Assembly: GCA_051294375.1 (NCBI GenBank)
Contig: CM119263.1
Span: forward strand, 14,869,574-14,933,573
From: Paraspadella gotoi
Taxonomy: Eukaryota > Animalia > Chaetognatha
DNA: 64,000 nt
Direction: 5' to 3'
The translations under genes were made by a program, and so were the position numbers. Position 1 is the first letter of the stretch. Every line of letters begins with the position of its first letter. Positions 26,601 through 40,216 of this stretch are shown here, one piece after another. Under the pieces are notes generated by a model, which saw nothing but the letters and a program-made list of their open reading frames with translations, did not search any database and was not told the DNA's origin.

Positions 26601-27358
26601 AAAAAAAAATTTAAATTTTATTTTTTAAGAACGGATTCCTATAGAGCTTGAAAAGTTAAATGAAAGTTAGTACTACAATTTTTCAAATTTTGACAATAAA
26701 TTGGTTAAAAATAGAAAAAACCTTAAAAAATCATCATCAGCATCATCATTGGCTGAATTTTATAGTTTTTTTTCATTAATAAAACAAACAAAAAATTTAA
26801 AGAGTTGTATATATGGTGGTGGTTTTCACGCAATCTTTAACTTTGTTTTGTCTTTAGACTTAGCTTTGTTTTGATGCTCCTGTATGTACTGAATCAACCT
26901 TGTTGAATTCGAAATAAAACGCATATATATATAGTAGTCATAAAATAATCTTTAAATGCTTCCGTGCGCTTATCAATAAGCTAAATTTTTAAAATTATTC
27001 TTATTTTCAATTTCTCTAACAGTCACTTAAGCATTAGTTATTTGAAAGTTGCGGTCCATGGACCACCCCATGTCACTGGCGTGTTTAAGCCGACATCATC
27101 ACACTTTAACCAGCGTGAGCGTAAGGGGATTGAACCCAGATCTCATGGTGGGTGAACGAGTACTTAGCAGTCCAAACCAAAGGGACGAACTGAGTTTCAC
27201 CAAGCTATACGGGAGGCGAATTTAGGATTCGCCACAATAGACCTTTTTTTCACTTCATTAACTAGTAAAGCCATTCAAATCCATACCGGTCTTTGGGTGA
27301 TGTCACCGATGACAAATTGTACTTTTCGAAAAACATCCGACAAAGGCAAATAATCCAT
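17682..27358 (-). CDS. Giant ROCO-family protein (~2872 aa): Macro - C2-like - Cys-LRR - long divergent region - MBT - LRRs - Roc - COR - TIR-like - TIR - C-terminal domain. Exons 27358-27287, 26374-26316, 26243-26152, 26077-17682
   Basis: Three small 5' exons splice in phase to an 8396-nt open exon and complete a Macro fold (GDIT…DAIV…AAGPE…G.AFIT.GY.L.A..VIH…TISFP). MBT: KLEV…SPATI…IHPCGW. LRRs. Roc: KLMLVGLGGSGKTTL / WDFAGQ / VFIVGTH. COR: FLHELG…NPQWL…LFNRLQVR. TIR: CFLSYCW…WLDIEQ…ISDEYANSKNCIMEF. Confidence 0.92.
26397..27236 (-). mobile_element. Solo-LTR-like element (family E) in ROCO intron 1, interrupted by a ~575-bp nested insertion; partial copy at 52250-52444
   Basis: Termini TGTGGC…GCCATA with a 4-bp TSD ATAG (26393-26396 / 27237-27240), a 5' hairpin GGCGAAT-cctaa-ATTCGCC and a B-box-like GGGTTCAATCC. 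gaccac is duplicated at 26478 and 27061 around the nested insert. Confidence 0.7.
26813..26928 (+). repeat. Short dispersed repeat family G; near-identical reverse-complement copy at 49718-49831, related ends at ~32505-32570 and ~55745-55815
   Basis: ggtggttttcacgcaatctttaactttg…gtactgaatcaaccttgttgaattcgaaataaaacgcatata matches 49718-49831 on the opposite strand. Confidence 0.8.
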
Positions 27359-28381
27359 TATAAGGTTGGATTCTCACATCATTTGAATGTTTTGTTTTTT
27401 TTAAATGTCGATCCTGTTCGCCGACGATCGGGTTTTCGCGTTCAGTTAAAGCTTAAAAGAGAAGACACGAAACCAAAGGTTGTTCCGATCTCGATGACAA
27501 AAATACTGGCGGTTGTTGTTGTGGTTGTTAATTTTGCCAGAGATCGGGCGTTTCCTCGAGTTGAAAAAATAAATCGCTTTATAACGAAGATTGTAGCTTT
27601 GGGAAATCGGGAGAGACCGTAAATAAAAATGTTATTAGAATTGATCGATTAGTCGCCGTTTGGATTTGATAAATAATTGGCTCAAAAATATAAACCTTGA
27701 CTAGGAATAATGTAATTAATGAAAATGTAATGATTCTCACTGAGCGATAAATATTTGTATCCATCGATTTTTTTTCCCCGACTTCCCACCTAAAAGTTTG
27801 GGAGACTTTGAAGTTTGGTTGACACAAATGTATAGATACCTAAATTTTATATACAAAATAAAATATCCTGTCCTCACATCTCAAAATCTGTCCTTTTCTC
27901 AAAATTTTCTTGGTGACTCTCTTTCTCCCTCTCTCTCTCTCTCACATTTCCTGTAAAGTTAAAATTTTTGTCAAATCACAAGTGCTGAAAAAGACGAAAC
28001 ATGTCAATCGTTACAAATAAAATCGTTGTTTGAAATAATCAAATTCTCTCTAATCCACAAACGCAACGAAAGAAAGGATTTCACATAAAACAAAATAAAA
28101 CATATTCATTGTGCATGTCATAAAAGAAAAATTATAATCATAATTTTTTTCTGAATTTGCTAGAAAAAAACCTTGAAGCCTTTTCACTAAATGATAAATG
28201 CTCGCTGCTACCAAAATACTTCCAAAATAATTTTTCAATGCTAAATGGCGTTCTCGGGTTTTTATTAAATTTTCACGTATTTATTAAACTTCTAGTATTT
28301 CAGATTAGACAATAACAAAAGGTTTTTTTTTAATTCACAAATACAACGATATTTAGTTTTTGTCGTCGTTCTCTAATCTAG

Positions 28382-31300
28382 TCATAAACGTCTGCTTTCG
28401 CTGTTTTCGTCGTGATCTTCGTCTTCGGTTTCCCGCCCAACGCACCAGGCGCATTTCGAATCCATGAGGGTGACGCCAAGATTAAGCGCCTGGGCGTGGG
28501 TGGGGCAGCGCCGAGAGGCGGGACACGTGACGACCAGGTTAAGCTGTAGGTCTGAACTGAATTCGCGCCCCTCTGTTGATCGAGGGACTGACGCCATATG
28601 TCGGTTTAGGTTCAACTCGGAGTTATTATCCACGAACCTGAACAACAAAAATTAAATGGAAACAAATCAAGCAACCTTAGTAATTAAGGTGCAAAACATA
28701 AAAACTGAATATTAGGTGAAGCGTCTCATTAAAAGTGTACTTTCTCCTTATTTTCTATTTTATACGCATCTCCTCTAATTTTCTTTCCTCGCGCTTTTCA
28801 ATATCGCTTAAAAAGTTTATGACATAATCAATATTCTTCCATTCTCTTGTCTTAATTTATCGAAATTATTAAAGGCGTTATTTTATTGACTCAATTACTG
28901 ACTCGACTATCGATCGTCATTCGATTGTCGCCTCAGGAAACTCACTCTTCTGGAGAATCGGGCTTCAATGGGCGAATGTCGACGAAGCATCGAGCGATGT
29001 TTCGTCGCGGGTTCAAACAAAAAACAGCCGGGGCGAAGGTATCCTCTAGATTCGTAAGAGGAATGGTCTTTGCCTTCACAAGAGAGTTGATCTTCTCCCA
29101 GGCCAAGAAACTGTGTGACAGACAAAACTCCCAATTTTCAGCCATTTTTTTTTCATTCGTTGACCCTCATCGCAAATACCTCATGATCTGATTCCTCCCG
29201 AAAGCGTTCAGCTTCGTCAGCAGACACTTTTGAAGGTTGTACCACTGGGCGAGATATAGGATCTTGAGATGCTCCTTTCGATCGAATCCCTCGGCTAGTT
29301 CGAGACTGAGATCGTCCTCGGGAACGGGGATGTTCCAACCTTGGCGCCTTCTGACGGAGATGACAGAACTTCGGCACCGGGAAAGCGAACGGCCGCCGAG
29401 AGAGTCCGACGCCGAGATCTCCGGCACGTAGTTGCTGAAGGTAATGCGCCGCCGTTGAACGCTGGCACCGTGACGCTTTCGAAACGAGGACGCCAACGAG
29501 GGCGCCCGAGAGGTCGCCAATTCTTTTCCATACTACATGAGAATAGTTTTCTTTCCTTATTGCTTCGAGACTTAAATGAAAGTTATTATTAAATTCGATC
29601 TTGTCACGATTTAAAAAAAAAAAAGATTCACTAATAAGCCCTAATAAGTCTAATTCCAACCACCTTTGGCACAGGCGACAGCACCATCGGCGAAACTCGG
29701 TTCTTATTCAAGTCGCTCTCTTCACTTCCGCTTTCTTCCTGCGTAGGCAATTCGAGTCCATCTGCTACTATCTTTTTAAACTCATTCATCGCAGCCGCAT
29801 CTTTATCGCCTTCGAATTTCTCCTTTTTGATGTCCATCTGCAGCATATGACCAGCGAGAGAGTAGATCACGTGACCAAGCGATGCCAGAGATAGGCGATA
29901 GACCACCACCACGGTTTGCGCTATACAGTCGTAATCGGCCACGCGAGGGTACTGATACAAATTTAGCAGGATAAAGCTATCAAAATATTTCGTTTCCGCT
30001 ATAAACAAATGTAAAAAAAAATCTTAAATCCATAATAATTGACAAACAGTACAAGACTGCTACCTCCGAAGCTTTAACAACAGGTATCTAAGGATTCGAA
30101 CGAACCCGTTTGTTCATTTTCATTTTTTGCATAATTCGAGACAACCATCTTGGCTAGATTTTACTCTTTAGGGTCTTTTATGACTGCATTAATTTAAGAC
30201 ATCGACAATCGCAACTAAGCTAAGTCATAAAATTAATAATAAATTATGAAACAAAACAAAAAACAAAAAAAAACAACCTGTAATGCAGACTTTCTCTTAA
30301 ATCTCTTGGGATCGTGAGCCAAGACCACGTTTCGAGGCTCCACCTTGTATTGCATCTTTTTCCACGTGACGACGGCGGAACCAGAGACGACGTAAATCAC
30401 GTGATCGTCCAAGTCACCGTGAGAAACCAAAAAATCGCCGGGGAGAAATATCTTCTCCTCCACGAACAAAGATAAGTACTGTGAGAGGCAACAGGGGGTA
30501 GGGTAAAAAAACAGCCAAACTCTGTTCAGTGGTGTCTCGGCGACCCCATGAGATGACTTCCGTCAAGAAGATCAATCCAACCACTTGACTTCTCCCGATC
30601 TCCCTCTCTTCTTCTCTTCGCCTTTTGATACTTCTTTGTCACTTACAATTGGGACCAACTCCAGAGATAATATAAAATTTCGACTAATAGCAAATTTTTT
30701 TTAGTTTTCTTGACTAAATATTTAAGCAATCATTTTCAAAAAAAAAATTACATTATACGTTTTGATTAATATATTAAATATTACTTGTCTTTTTTCACTT
30801 TTTAAAATTTTTTTTTTGAAATCTTACAATTTTTTGATGGATTCTGATAGAGCATAAAAAGTTAAACAAAAAACATAATTACAGCTTTTAAAAATTCTAA
30901 GTGAAAATAAAAAAAAAAAAAAAAAAAAAACTAATAAAATTATTGAAAATTTTTTTACGGTTTTTCTTATTTTTGACTCACTTATCATGAAAATATTTAA
31001 AAGAGAATTATACTTTGTGTAGACAGTTTTTTATGAGCTATCTGAATCTAAAAATTAACAAAAAAAATTTTGGCCTTTCCTATCTATAAATAAATATTAA
31101 AAGTTAATTACTAGGGTATAGAGCCATATAAGAATTGTTTTGTCCATTGAAAGTATACTTCAAAATGTATAAATTTTCGTTTGAGCATGTAATCATTCTA
31201 AATTTACTTACACTTGAAACTTCGAATTAGGAAGAGAAGGGAATATACGGGTATCCGTGGCGAAGGTCAACTCATCAGGTCGCGGAATCACCAGAAAACT

Positions 31301-34300
31301 ACCGAAGGACAAATAACTTTTTTTTTAGTAATTTCGCACTTTCAGAACGTTCCTATCGATGGCGAGGAGCGAGGGAATCTGTCTCAAAAAGGGCTTGCAG
31401 AGCTTATAGTTTATTTCTTGACGCAGAGTGACGTGCAAGTCGGCAAAGAGATCCTGGATGGTATCATTCGTGTCCTGATATCCATCGAGACAGATTTGTA
31501 CGAAGGATACAACGGATTCGTAGAGCCCGGGAGAAAGCTGCAAGCTATGAAGGCCTGCCTTGAGGGCCTCCATTTCGCGATCGTTTCGTTCTTCGCGAAG
31601 CACTTGAGTGTAAACTGCCGACAGTACCTTTAGGTAGAAGATGGAATTAGTGATGATAATACCACAGACGAATTAAAGCTGTTCCCTTCGCAGCGCCTCA
31701 GTGGTTTTAGTGGATTAATGCACCATCCCAATGCGCGTCCCAAAGGTTTAAATGATGAAAGTAGGATGGACTAGGATGGACCGGGAATCCCGACCGGACC
31801 CATGGACCTGCCCTCAGAACATAAACGTTGCGGGCGGGGCGCCCTGTAAAACCAGCCTCTTCTTTTCAGCGATGCTTTCTCTCCTAGTTTTTTTTTTAAA
31901 TACAAATAATGTGAACCTTTAAGGGTTTTTATCCCTTTTCCCTTTTGATTCTGATATGAGTAATAATTGTCGGGATTTTATATTCTTTTTCTATTAGTTT
32001 TGTTTTCTTTATTTTGTTTGCTTTTAATTAAAGTTTTACTTTTTTCATCCCTTATTTTTAAGCGTCTTCCGTTTTTTTTCCTTCAATATGATTTTTCTCA
32101 ATTGTAACATTTCCTGTGACGATATCCCTTCACCCGAGATACTTAAATGATGGCTCATTTTGAAGCCCACCGTCTAGCATTTTTAAATCGATCAATTTTT
32201 ACATAATTCTAATAAGTCTTTAGTATTAACTTCTTTGCCCCAAAGAACTCATATTTGTCGATATAGTATGCAAAATGTAGCAATATGTGGTCTAGAATTC
32301 ATATTCGTTTAATGCTTAGGTGCTTAGTAACTTTTCAAAATAATGAGATGATTTTTTTATAAAATAAAAAATACTGTCCTTCAGAGACTTTGTTCTTTTT
32401 TTACTACATAAGAACAATTTTTAATTGTGTACGTATTAATTGTAATTAACTTTTTTTGTTTTTTTTTTTCCTCTATTTTATTATGTTTTCGTTTGCTCAA
32501 ACTTAGTCTATGTTTGTTGATGATGATTGTACTGAATCAACCTTGTTGTATTCGAATAAAATCACATATATTATTCCTGTCCAGTTTTCACCTGTGCCTG
32601 CAATTCACAATTGACAATGATGCAGGATATAACCATAATACACAAGAGTGTCATCTCCATCTCATTATGTGCTGTGATGTCACCAAATCCAGCACCAATA
32701 GCAACGGAGACGACGAAATTGAGCGCGACCATGAAAAGGTCAAATTCGTTCTTCACAGTATTTGACTAGATTAAATAAAGAGACAATAAAGAACGTTATA
32801 GGAAATCTTGCACGTTTTTATGTTTACCCGAGTTGAATAAACAGTGTTAACCCAGCCGTTGATATCACAACGAGTCATATCGAGACTGTTTCGACACCCA
32901 GCTAAAATCCAAATGACGGAAAAAATGCTGAAAACAGTGAAAATGATGAGTAGGACGCGTATGCCGTATTTAACTTGGAGAATCTTCGTGTTAAAAGGTT
33001 GCGCCTGCCGGGGCAGTTGGAATAATTCGTTGCTGCGTATCAATTGCAACAAGATAGTGACCAATGGTAAAGCAGTCAGCAGTCGAATTCCAATGTTTTC
33101 CGGCAGAGAGAGATCGTCGCGTGACCCCAAAACATTCCACTTAAAGTCTACTGCGAGCCAGACAGGAACGAGCGAAAAAACATCCAAAGGAAATTGACGG
33201 AAGGTTTTGAAGTAACGTCTATAAACTTTAAATGCCTCGACAATAATGCGACCCGAGTTTTTGTCTACGTAACCAACGTGGAGACGAATTATCATTTCTA
33301 TAATAGTGATAAGTGTAGAGAGGACCTTGGGGAAAAAAAAACCGAATAATTCCATCATTTCTTCTGTAATACATACTGTTGTCCACTCTTAATTAGCCAT
33401 AGCCGATGAAATTTAAATGCTAATGTATGCAGTATGTATCATGAGCATAGATTATAGTATTAAAATTTTTTCTGAGGGTACTATCCGAATTAAAATCATG
33501 AAATCTTGAAATTTTTTATGGATTCTGATAGAGCATAAAAAGTTTATCAAAAAATATAATCACAGCTTTTAAAAATTCTTACGTTTTCTCAGTAGAAAAT
33601 TAAAAAAACTGATAAAATCATCAAAGGATAATGATGATGACAATTTTTTATAGTTTTTATTATTTTTGACCTACTTATCATAAAAAATATTTAAAAAAGA
33701 ATTTTACTTCGTGTAGACAACTTTTTATGACCTATCTGAATCTGGTCTTAAAATTAAAATTTCTTAAAATGCATGTACTCACTCTCGGATCTGCTTACAG
33801 CAGATTCCGATGTCTATAATTCACTTTGTCGGTCCCTCGGTCCGCCCCCCCCAATCTTGTCGGGAATTCACTTATATCATGTCAGAACATCGAATTATGA
33901 TAAATTATCCAAAAAGAATGATGTCCGTCCGTCTGTCTATCTGTCTGTTCGTCCGTCCATCCCACCTTAGCAAAAAACACCAATTACTCGTGATTTGATG
34001 GAGGGATTGGAAATCAAGTTTCAATTGAATCGTTCGAGTGGAAATGAGGTAAAATGGAAAAAAACAAAAAATATATTTCACTATTTGAACGCCAACTACT
34101 CATGAGTGAATGGGGCGATTGACTTCAAATTTTGTATGAGAGTAGGAAAGTGTGTGATTGAGCAGGAAATAAAGTTTCGATGGAATCGTCCAAGTGGAAA
34201 TGAGTTAAAATGGAAAAAACAAACAATCTATTTCACTATTTGATTATGCTTCTTTTTCTTTTTATTTTAAATGTAAATTCAAGCTGTATTAATTAATTAT

Positions 34301-37300
34301 TAATAAATAAGTAATTAATTCTTTATTATTTGTAATTAATTAATTAATTAATTTTGTGATCGAGATTGTTGTTTTGTGATTGAGAGGCGAGACAAAGAGG
34401 AAAAAGATTTTGACATGAATAAAAAAAATTAATTAATTAATTAATTATCTGACCAGCTGCTTACTGCTAATGATCGTGGGCAGATCCGGCATTGTTGCTC
34501 AAACTTGTTTTTAAATAAACATCATTGCTGTTATTAGTCTGTCATGCTTCTTTTTAAGGGCATCATGAATATTGGACATTAATAATCACCTGAATGATAT
34601 TGAAGAGAGTAAAAAATAAGCGTTTATTCTTGTAACTACGATCCGCGACATGTATAACGACACAATAAATCACAGATCCAACAAACATGACCCACTTGAA
34701 TAAAATTGCAGATAGAAAGAATATGTTGACATGGCTTTCACTTGGGTGAAAAATAACTCTTGCATATTTAAATCTTTTTGACCGTTCGGAAAGGCTGACT
34801 TTCCCCGTCACGCGTAACGGCCGCGACGACCAATGATGCCGTGGCTGTTCCTCTTTCTTCTTCTTTTGAATTTTTTGTTGTTGGATAAATGTGGTGATGG
34901 AAGCTTTTGTCTTGTGAACTTCCTCGTGGAGAGCCTCAACCACAGCTGCAAATGAGCTTCCAGCATCGGTCGAGAGAAGATTGTTTATAACTTCCTAATT
35001 ATTAAAAAATGGGACTGATTATTAATCACATCTTTAATTATTATTTACGAGTGAACCATCATGTGAGACAAAGTAAAACGTTCGCTAAATCAGATAATGT
35101 AAAATACCTGATGGAGGACAAATATTGAGGATGGAACAAATGCAATGACGTTTCCTGTCCAAAATTCTAAATCATGATTTCCTGAAATGCCAAGAACGGC
35201 TCCAGGGCGGAGGAAACCCAAGGATCCAGTATCTTCGCCGACTTTTAATCCGTTCTGTTGGTGGCTGGTTGAATTTTTAACCTCGTTTCCTGGGAACAAA
35301 ATTTATAACTAACAAAAATACGATTTATAATTACAAAAAAAAAAAAAAAAATACAGGAATTAATCTATATGTTGACCGTTAAAATCAAAATTAAAACTAC
35401 AAATTAATTGATAATTCTTTAATTTTGTTTTCACCTTCATCCTCCGCCGATGAGGCGAGGGAGACCATTTCAAGCGCCGCCAGTTCTTCCTGTGACGTTG
35501 AGGTCCTCCGTATATCTTCGGGAGATTGAATTTTCAGCAACCCGTCTTTTAGAATGACAATGACCGATACCACCTTTTGAAGTGAAAATAATAAATAAAA
35601 TAAAAAATTGATGAGCGAATAGCCAGAATGGCACCGATAACAATAAAAACAAAAAAAAAATACCTGACGATCTCGAAATAGGAACTCGCCCTTCGGAAGG
35701 ACCTGTTCGTAGTTAAAATATTTATTTATTTAATGGTACCACGAATAATTCGATGGAAAACCTTGCACACTATTGGCAACATTTTTAATAAGACGGTTGT
35801 TTTTAAAGGAGTTTAATATTTACCATTAAAAATATGAATCCTCAACTTTAAGGCAACTTTTATGCTATTGATCAGTGCATTATTATCATAAATATTAGCT
35901 TTTTTTTGACGAATAAACTATTTTTTAGCAAAATATGACTACAAATATCGATTGGAAAGAGAAGGAAAAAAGTTTGTAAAAAAATAATTGTTGTTTTAAC
36001 GTCATCTCATGCTCTCAAACTAACGAGTGGAACTGTGAGGAAGGCAACCCTTTTGGGGTTCTTCTGTTCACTTTAAGGTCATTTAGTCTATAATCTTTTC
36101 ATTGTTATTGTCTCTCTCTCTCTCCCTCTCTCTCTCTCATTATCTTTCTCTTTCTTTTTGCTTGTTAATTCTCTTACTTCCACTGAAGATGACATAAAAA
36201 TATATGTCGAAATATACGGAAAATTATTAATTTTCTTTTTTTCTCGCACTGCACTCCACACAACAATCAAAAATTATTTCTGATTAATTATATACTGTAT
36301 ACCCCACACCATTTATTTTTTTATTAAAAAAACTTTTTTGAATCAGAAAAAGGTAAATTTTTAAAATATATATATATATTATATATATATATATATTAAA
36401 TGCGTCAGATGAAACTAGAAAAAGTTGAAGTGTCTTTTTTTCTTTTCGCTGGCAAAAAGCACATGAGCTAGAATTGCATATTCTTTTACGGTAACTAACA
36501 AAACAAATACCATAATGGTATAAAAAGAAGAACTTATAGAAGCAATATCGTGCTATATCTCCACCTGCCACTCTACGTGAGCTGCGAGGAAGCGCAGTTG
36601 ACCTTTAGAAAATTTCTGAAGGATTCCCATTCTTCGAAACGTATCTTCAATGGCAGCAGCTGAAATCTTGCAAAACATGAAATCAATCATGTGTCGACGT
36701 TCGCTCCTGTCGAAAGAACGTGATTTCTTTAAATAAATCCGCTGATGACGGGATTGATAGATTTATTAGATATAATAATAATATAATTGTCTTGACAGTG
36801 GCGAGCGTCGCCGTAGGGGGAGACGGATCAGCGTCCCGACGGCTGAGGGGACGACGACGAATAATTGAAGAATCATTCATTGACGCGATGATAGTCATTC
36901 ATTGATCCGATGATAATCATTCGTTGATACGATGATAGTCATTCATTGACGCGATGAGCCATTCATAGTAAATTAAAAAAAATAGAGAGAAGCTGGACAG
37001 CCACTGGACACAGTGGACAGCCACTGCAGAGCGAACTCGTTTTTAGATGAATCAGAAGAAGCGGCGACGGAAAAAAAGAGATAGAGAGAGAGAAAAAGAG
37101 AGAAACTGGACAGAGGCTGAACAGCTGCAGAGCTCAATTGACTCAAATCAAATTTTTGTTCTCAAGTGCTCCACTCCAATATATAAGCTATCCCGACTGA
37201 TTATTTCTAAATTTACTACTAGGTCGAGGACAATTTTTCAGTCAGCTTTTCAGATCTTTCGAAACTTCCTCAAATTCACATCTTCCTTTTCCTCTTCCTC

Positions 37301-40180
37301 TTCCTCATTTGTGTTCCGAAAAGCGTGATTTGGTCTTGGACTTGGACAATGAAAACTCCCTAACACTTTTATTTTGACAGAAAGACAGGCAGAAAAGCGT
37401 TATATAGAGACGCGTTTAGCAATGGGAGTAATAATTTTTGCCCTCTACCCATAGCCCATTGGCGCGGTTACAATAATGCTGTTTCAATTTGCCGACGGGA
37501 TTGAACCAGGAACTTTAAGTCCCCAGAGACACTTCGACTTGAAAGAATGAAGCCGATTATAAGGCAGCCTTGAATCTCCGCCGCAATTGCATAAATTTAA
37601 CATTCATTTGACATAAAAACCTGATGAGGTGACATTTTGACGCGAATCTAATTTCTTCGCACTGGGTGACTCGAGAAATTTCGTTTTTGTGAAAACCGTA
37701 ATGCTTAAGGTAAGCGCGCTGCGCAGCGATTCGTCTAAAGACTAGGGCTTGGTCGTGGCTGTAGTCAATACGAATGGAAACTAAGCTGCAAAGAAAAAAC
37801 AGGTTCTGAAATTTTGAGATATTATCTCAATAAATAATAATGATGTTTTGAACAAAAAAAGAATTTTGTAGGAAAAATTTTTATTCTTATCAAAAAATAG
37901 TTGGATTGAACTCTGTTCCATTGCCTTACTTGCACATGATGTAGCATCTCCATAGGACAGCAAAAAAAAGTGCAATGAGACTGACGAGCAGATCCTCCCG
38001 AAAGGTTGAATTGATATCACCAAGACCCAAAGTTCCTACCACCTGGGAAGCCCAGTATAAAGCAACCAGGTAATAATCAAGAACTTGCACAAACTGCGTA
38101 TCAATCCAGATAGGGGCAGTTCCTTCATGCAACTCAACCTCCTGAAAACTAATTTTAAATCTATTTTTCGCACCAAAACAGTGATTCTAATATATGAATA
38201 TCAAGAAATAGAATCTCAGAATTCTATAGTAGACTGCTACTATGGTAGCAAAAATATAAGGAAGTATTTTATTTATATTTTTTTTCTCTGGATTTTTTTA
38301 TTAATTTTCTTTGAAAGTAACGTCTGGCGAGATCACTATACTTTTAAGATTTTTCAGTTATAATCCTATTATTTTTATCATTTACTTTTGTAATGATTCC
38401 CCTTTTTCCTGGCTTTGCTTATTCAAGTACCTCTTACGAGGCCCGGATCGCACCTAATCGCTATTACCGATTTAAAGTTTAGTACTACGTGGAGTAGAAA
38501 TCTTTGTTGGATTAAAACGAATTCGATTTTAAGCGAAAGTTGATCGATTCGAAGCGCGATTTTCGCGATCGTTTTTTTGTGATAACTTTTGAACGGATTA
38601 AATACGATTTTGATGAAATTTTGCATGTAGGTAGTAATCAAAATTCCCTGTCAATTGATACCAAATTCATTTAAAAATACTAAATAGTTTACAAACGATG
38701 CTCATTCCCACTCGTTGTTTCGACTTTCGTTTCGTTTTCATTTGAGAGAAGAAAAAAATTATTTGTTACGCACGACTCTCTCTCTCTTCTTAAAACAAGT
38801 TTGAGCAAACAATGTCGGATCTGCCTACGATAATTAAGCATCCTTTTTTCAACTAACATAACTTTTACAATTCGCGTTATTTTTTCAACTTGTATCATTT
38901 TTTTAACTTGCATCTTTTTTTTAACTTGAATCTTTTTTTTAACTTGCATAATTTTTTTAAACTTGCATCATTTTTACAACTTGCATAATTTTTTTAACTT
39001 GCATAATTTTTTTAAATTGAGTCATTTTTTAAATTAATTAATTAATTAATTAAAACATATTTATTAGTAATCATAAATAATAAAGATTCAAGTCATGATT
39101 CCGTCAAAACTTTATATCTAGCTTCTTCACACACTTTCCTACCCGCACACAAAATTTCAACTCAATCTCTCCTTCCAATTATGATTAATTAGAGTAATTA
39201 TTGGTTAAAATAAGTAAAGAGATTTTAATAAATGCGACTTATTCGAAACTTTATATCCAGCTTCATCACACACTTTGCTACCCTCACACAAAATTTCATT
39301 ACAATCCAACCACCCAATCACGAGTTATGGGACCTTTTTGCTAAGGTGAGACGGACGGACAGACATTTTTTTGGCAAAATATATCATAATTCGATGTTCT
39401 AACATGATGTAAGTGATTACCCGACAATATTGAGGGGGCGGACTGACGGACCGACAAAGTGAATTATAGAGTCGGGATCTGCTGAAAGCAGATCCGACTA
39501 AAAATATTTGCAAAAATTTTATTAAGTGCTGCTGAAGACGCGCAAAAACACTAGTCAAAATAATCGTAGTATGGTGGACTAAAATCCATTAACCGTTCAT
39601 CAGCGGCCATTGGCGCAGGAGGCAAATCATTCGCTTCCCAACCCAAAGGTCCAGGTTTCAAGCCTGGTGGTTGCCTAGCATTTAAGAGGGACCGGGCGCT
39701 TAACTTGCCTGTAACGTGGTGTTACAGCCTGATCCGAAGATCAGGGACTGCTTAAAAAAAGTGCTTATAATGCACAGTTCTATCATTAACTCATAACAAA
39801 TATTACTGTCTTGGTGAGTTCGACTTTCAAACATAATTGCAACAACAACACTTTCAGGCGACATGTTTCAACTTGGTGACAAGCTTTCCACCACCAATTC
39901 ACTGAAGAGACGGAACAGACTTCTTCCAAGGGGAGGCATTATAAAAGCTTAGTACTATGATGAAAAAAAAATTGTCACGGTTTGGAAAAGTCAGTTATAT
40001 TTATTATCAAATATTAATATAAAGTTATATTTTCATCATGGAGAGAAAAAGTGCATTTAACAAACGAATTTTTTTTTTTTCCAAATATTTCGACTTATGT
40101 TGCTAAGTCATCATCAGTGGCAGAAAGTGAAAAACCGAGAAAAATGATTTGTTTAAAAGAGTATAGAGAGAAAGGGAAAG

Positions 40181-40216
<36 letters not shown>

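Noticed and set aside
27984-28010. Hammerhead-like ctgaaaa…gaaacatgtc after a (CT)n tract
   Set aside because: The core CUGANGA is broken and stem II is absent; at most a decayed pLTR relic.
36565-36659. Suspected frameshift in a channel CNBD3 exon
   Set aside because: On recount the frame is open (…GILQKFSKGQLRFLAAHVEWQ), so there is no evidence of pseudogenisation here.
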